From positions 1 through 19,448 of the forward strand of contig DATDTO010000075.1 in assembly GCA_035290825.1 (NCBI GenBank): a stretch of DNA of 19,448 nucleotides, in the 5' to 3' direction. Under the pieces are notes generated by a model that was given only the letters and a program-made list of their open reading frames with translations, was not told the DNA's origin and did not search any database. A program made the translations under genes and the position numbers. Source of the stretch: an archaeon (GTDB taxonomy: Archaea; Aenigmatarchaeota; Aenigmatarchaeia; QMZP01; JACQNV01). Below, piece by piece: positions 16,395 through 19,448 of this stretch. Positions within the stretch are counted from its first letter, which is position 1; each line of letters opens with the position of its first letter.

Positions 16395-17406
16395 GATCAA
16401 AATAAAAAAAGAAAAACTTGATGCAAATTTTAGGCTTTACTTTTTCCTCAAAGAATTGAACGGTGCAATAAAACTATCCGACAATGAAATAAATAGTTTT
16501 TTGGAATTATATTTCGCAAACAAAAATCTCTCCCCAGAAAAGATAAAATCTATTTTTCTTAATAGAATTGAACAACTCTCCACAAATAAAAAGGAGGGCA
16601 TGACGGCATTGATGTATCAGATAAAGAATGATACAGATTTACACACGTTTATTTTTTCCCTCAAACTTATACAAATCAAGCCTCTTCTTCTTGCGGAGTC
16701 AAAGTTAACAGAGACAGCCGAATTATCTTCTCTTTCAAAAATCAACCAGCTTTCTGTCGAATATGACACATTCTCCAAAGCCAAACCATATTTTACCCGT
16801 GTAAACGGAGCTTTGCTTTCTCTTCTATTTTTCTCCAAACTGGAGGACAAAGACCCTAATTTCATATCAGAGTCCACTGAGGAGTATATTTTATCATTAT
16901 TCAGAGACTATGAATACCTAAAAACAAAAGGCCTTGAACCAAACCAGATGTTTATGCTCATGTTTTCCGAGAGCATCAACCAGTCCATAGTCTCCGACGC
17001 AGGATCAAGTTATGAGGATCGCATTTATAATATTCTGATTGGTCTTGGAATAAAACCCGAATCCATAAAGAAAATTCATGATGCAAATGACCGTTCAACA
17101 GAATTCGATTTCTTTTTTGAACTGGACAAAAAAACATATGGAATTGGGGCAAAGAGAACATTGAGGGAAAGGTACAAACAATTTATCAAAACATCACAGA
17201 CGACTAAATTGGATGCAATGATACAGATTACTCTTGGCCTAGATTTAACAGAAACTAAGGCCAAAACAATAAGGCAGTACGGTGTCATAATATTTGTTGC
17301 CGATGAAATTTACAACTCGAGGAAATACCTGAGAAATATTGAAGGTGTATATCCCGCAAGCTCGTTAAGTCTTAAGCTTCTCAAAGAATTAACAAAGTTG
17401 AAGTGA
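16381..17406 (+). CDS. Hypothetical 341-aa protein translationally coupled to the MTase. Candidate cognate restriction endonuclease with no recognisable family.
   Basis: The ATG at 16381 overlaps the MTase 3' end by 14 nt. The ORF-track start at 16303 lies inside the MTase frame, so I rejected it. Possible acidic/Lys cluster ...DANDRSTEFDFFFELDKK... A very Lys/Leu/Ser-rich, AT-rich gene. Confidence 0.6.
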   Translation: MKINKIKIKKEKLDANFRLYFFLKELNGAIKLSDNEINSFLELYFANKNLSPEKIKSIFLNRIEQLSTNKKEGMTALMYQIKNDTDLHTFIFSLKLIQIKPLLLAESKLTETAELSSLSKINQLSVEYDTFSKAKPYFTRVNGALLSLLFFSKLEDKDPNFISESTEEYILSLFRDYEYLKTKGLEPNQMFMLMFSESINQSIVSDAGSSYEDRIYNILIGLGIKPESIKKIHDANDRSTEFDFFFELDKKTYGIGAKRTLRERYKQFIKTSQTTKLDAMIQITLGLDLTETKAKTIRQYGVIIFVADEIYNSRKYLRNIEGVYPASSLSLKLLKELTKLK

Positions 17407-17778
17407 TCTTATATCAGCTTCTTTCCGTATACTGTGTTCCCACAATATAACAACAGCCCAGCCGGCGTTCTTTAGCTTTTTTACATTTTCTTTGTCACGT
17501 GCAACATTGGAATCAATTTTATTGATCCAAAACTTTGTCCTTGTTTTTGGCTTCACAAAACATGACGGGCATTTATGCCAGAAACAGCCATGAATAAAAA
17601 CCGCCTTCTTATGATTATGAAGTATTATGTCGGGATTGCCCTCAATTTTAGGGTGCATTTTATGCCTTATTTTAAGCCCCTTGAGATGATTATGTAATTT
17701 GATTTCTGGTGCAGTCCATTTACTCCCTATTCTTGACATGCAATAACTTCTCTGTTTCTTCGTGAGCACATCAGCCAT
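17389..17778 (-). CDS. vsr: Very-short-patch-repair (Vsr) endonuclease, a T:G mismatch nickase associated with 5mC methyltransferases.
   Basis: MADVLTKKQRSYCMSRIGSK... closely parallels the E. coli Vsr N-terminus (MADVHDKATRSKNMRAI...). Also NPDIILHNHKKAVFIHGCFWHKCP and AGWAVVILWE. Convergent with the putative REase gene and overlaps its 3' end. Confidence 0.88.
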   Translation of the reverse strand: MADVLTKKQRSYCMSRIGSKWTAPEIKLHNHLKGLKIRHKMHPKIEGNPDIILHNHKKAVFIHGCFWHKCPSCFVKPKTRTKFWINKIDSNVARDKENVKKLKNAGWAVVILWEHSIRKEADIRSLQLC

Positions 17779-17845
17779 GTATCAAATTATGGTACACACT
17801 TTAAATAACTCTGGTTAAAAGTATTCATTAAAAATGTCGGCTTAA

Positions 17846-18085
17846 ATGATATTCCGGAGTCTACAAACAAATGTCCATATGCTATATTTAAGTAAGACAT
17901 CGCATAAGCAAGCTATCCAACTTGACCAAGAGAAGCTGGATATTATAAATTTCAATGGAAATGTTATTGTAGTCTCAAATCTGGGTACTGGAAAAATAAC
18001 AACATTGGCTCATGAAGAAGTATTGAAAAGAGTTAGAGAATCTGGTTTGCCTCTGGTTTTGGAGAGTAAAAAAGAAGATTATTGA
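17846..18085 (+). CDS. Small hypothetical protein (79 aa) with a loose P-loop-like segment.
   Basis: ATG start. VVSNLGTGKITTLAHE resembles but does not match GxxxxGK[ST]. Ends at a TGA that is in frame with the next ORF. Confidence 0.35.
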   Translation: MIFRSLQTNVHMLYLSKTSHKQAIQLDQEKLDIINFNGNVIVVSNLGTGKITTLAHEEVLKRVRESGLPLVLESKKEDY

Positions 18086-18100
18086 GGGGAGTTTGAAATA

Positions 18101-18688
18101 ATGAAACAAATACCAGAAAAGAATAAAAGAATTGCAAAATTGATTATTTGTTTATGTGTCTTATTTGTTCTTTTGGAAGGTTCGTTGATTCTCCATGAAA
18201 TTGGTCATATGATTTCCTGCAAGGCTGCAGGACAGACTCCTCAATGGATAAATATTCAGCAGAGTGTATGTAATGGAGATCTATCATCTGATGTTGAAAC
18301 TATTGTAAAATTCTCAGGAGGCATGTTTTCAGCTTTTGTTTTAAGTATACTCGCATTATTTTTAAACAAAATTATACAACTCAAAGATTATAAAAAATGT
18401 TTTAATACACTTTTTCTTACATTTATTGTAATTCAATTATTGAATGCAATGATGGAGGTATCTTTGTCAACACAGTCATATCAAGCGATAGCCCGAAATT
18501 TATATATACTCTTGCCCCTTGTTGTTACTATTTTAATAGCTGCTTATTTGATATTTAATAGAAAGTATATACCAGAAACACAAACCAGTTACCCGTTTTG
18601 CAAGAAGATGTCAATAAGAGTATTGCATATACCTTTGTATCTAATACTTTCTCGAGCAGTTGCATGGCTGGCGGAAGAAATACAGTAA
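18101..18688 (+). CDS. Polytopic membrane protein with an HExxH zinc-metalloprotease-like motif in the first TM helix.
   Basis: GGGGAG RBS-like motif 9 nt upstream. Four to five hydrophobic helices. LILHEIGHM at 18194-18208. No LDG second motif typical of M50 proteases was seen. Confidence 0.6.
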   Translation: MKQIPEKNKRIAKLIICLCVLFVLLEGSLILHEIGHMISCKAAGQTPQWINIQQSVCNGDLSSDVETIVKFSGGMFSAFVLSILALFLNKIIQLKDYKKCFNTLFLTFIVIQLLNAMMEVSLSTQSYQAIARNLYILLPLVVTILIAAYLIFNRKYIPETQTSYPFCKKMSIRVLHIPLYLILSRAVAWLAEEIQ

Positions 18689-18715
18689 TACAAAAAGGGA
18701 GGGAGAGAATGATAA

Positions 18716-19351
18716 CTATTTTTCACTCTCTGAAATACCAAAAAACAACATTGGTTGCTGATAGTTAATAGTGGTTTTTATTGAACCGAAAAGATTATCC
18801 GCTATTCTTTTTATACCATTTTCCGTATCTGGATCTATAAGTAAAGGTATAATTTTATCAAAATTCTTTCCATGTCTCCCTACCTTTTCAGAATAATCTG
18901 CAAAAGAGTCAATAATAACTAAAGAATATGATAAGTGTGGAAACAGTTCTTTCATCTGCCCGGCCATAGATGAATATTGTGTTACTTGGTGTGTATTTAT
19001 TTTTTTATATTTTATTTCAAATATGATATATGGGATAATTACATGCGGAACGTGATTTTTCATTTTAATGAAACTTCTTTTTGCTTTTTTTATATTACAA
19101 TTATCAAATGGGATTTCTATTTTGCAATCTTTTCTATAAACAACTATGTCTTGTTCAGCATCACCTACAATTAAGCAAAACTTTGAAGTCTTCTTACCTC
19201 TAATCGTGTCTGGATTCGGGATAATTTCAATATCTTTTAGTATATTTATGTGACAACCCACATCAAATTTTTCTTTTAATGGTTGATAATTGTTTAATAG
19301 TTCTTTTAATTTCTCCGCTATTTTTTTCACTATTATATCTTCTTTATTCAT
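18716..19351 (-). CDS. Hypothetical protein (212 aa), possible PD-(D/E)xK nuclease-fold protein.
   Basis: Start chosen at the ATG at 19351, preceded by GGGGGTAAG. The track start at 19432 is a TTG. CLIVGDAEQDIVVY ... VIIPYIIFEIKYKK gives a D...E-x-K arrangement. Extremely AT-rich. An upstream minus-strand frame ending at a TAA at 19353-19355 suggests it is the second gene of an operon entering from beyond the window. Confidence 0.55.
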   Translation of the reverse strand: MNKEDIIVKKIAEKLKELLNNYQPLKEKFDVGCHINILKDIEIIPNPDTIRGKKTSKFCLIVGDAEQDIVVYRKDCKIEIPFDNCNIKKAKRSFIKMKNHVPHVIIPYIIFEIKYKKINTHQVTQYSSMAGQMKELFPHLSYSLVIIDSFADYSEKVGRHGKNFDKIIPLLIDPDTENGIKRIADNLFGSIKTTINYQQPMLFFGISESEK

Positions 19352-19448
19352 CTTACCCCCCAAACAGGCATCCCCGATTCCTGAAAAATCCAAGTCGCTG
19401 CAATGTCGTCTTGTTGTTTGCACTCTTCGCAAAGCTCCTCACCTTCTT

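Larger units (their letters stand above)
13900..19448 (+). mobile_element. tRNA-Gln-associated integrated genomic island, left part. attL is presumably within the tRNA 3' half, and the right end is beyond the window. Cargo is integrase, a type II R-M module, Vsr and an AT-rich block.
   Basis: The tRNA is followed immediately by the integrase. Composition drops downstream (hand counts: 15421-15480 about 33% GC, 18301-18360 about 30%, 19001-19060 about 22%, versus about 40-50% upstream). Contains defence-type genes. No copy of the tRNA 3' end was found within the window. Confidence 0.5.

Noticed and set aside
17984-18004. P-loop NTPase call for the 79-aa ORF
   Set aside because: GTGKITT does not fit GxxxxGK[ST] exactly, and the protein is far too short for an NTPase domain. 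It is kept only as a hypothetical ORF.
19353-19448. Open minus-strand frame (31 codons, …QRLGFFRNRGCLFGG*) running off the window end
   Set aside because: It is too short to call as a CDS, since a 96-nt open frame is not statistically meaningful. It is noted only because its TAA abuts the ATG at 19351, suggesting an operon. A TTG-initiated extension of the downstream gene to 19432 is the alternative reading.
1-19448. CRISPR arrays, rRNA genes, IS elements with terminal inverted repeats
   Set aside because: I scanned the intergenic regions by eye and found no regularly spaced direct repeats, no rRNA-like conserved stretches and no transposase-like ORF flanked by inverted repeats. The only mobile-element signature is the tRNA-integrase junction.

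Overview
This window looks like a core chromosomal segment from an archaeon, probably a euryarchaeon, followed by an integrated genomic island. The ThrRS carries the archaeal N-terminal editing domain (MKILLLHCDW...). The tRNA-Gln has an A1:U72 first pair and no encoded CCA.

The core stretch (1-13.9 kb) is roughly 40-50% GC by my hand counts of 60-nt samples. It carries:
- a KH-domain protein (3' end);
- a 579-aa TPR plus beta-sandwich protein, followed by a three-gene operon led by an SPFH/band-7-like protein;
- a zinc-ribbon protein and an FG-GAP-like protein;
- a compact HDAC-family deacetylase;
- seryl-tRNA synthetase, pyruvate kinase and a frameshifted HAD hydrolase;
- threonyl-tRNA synthetase and an aspartokinase-family enzyme.

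A tRNA-Gln(CUG) at 13900-13972 is immediately followed by a tyrosine integrase. From there to the window end the sequence has the layout of an integrated genomic island: a C5-cytosine DNA methyltransferase translationally coupled to an unrecognisable 341-aa ORF (candidate restriction endonuclease), a convergent Vsr-type very-short-patch-repair endonuclease, and then a very AT-rich cargo block (about 22-33% GC in hand-counted samples). The cargo block encodes a small P-loop-like ORF, a membrane protein with an HEIGH zinc-protease motif and a PD-(D/E)xK-like protein, with a further gene running off the window end.

The most novel-looking material is this island cargo, with the SPFH operon and its neighbours second. 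All functional calls are from motif recognition by eye; no database searches were run.
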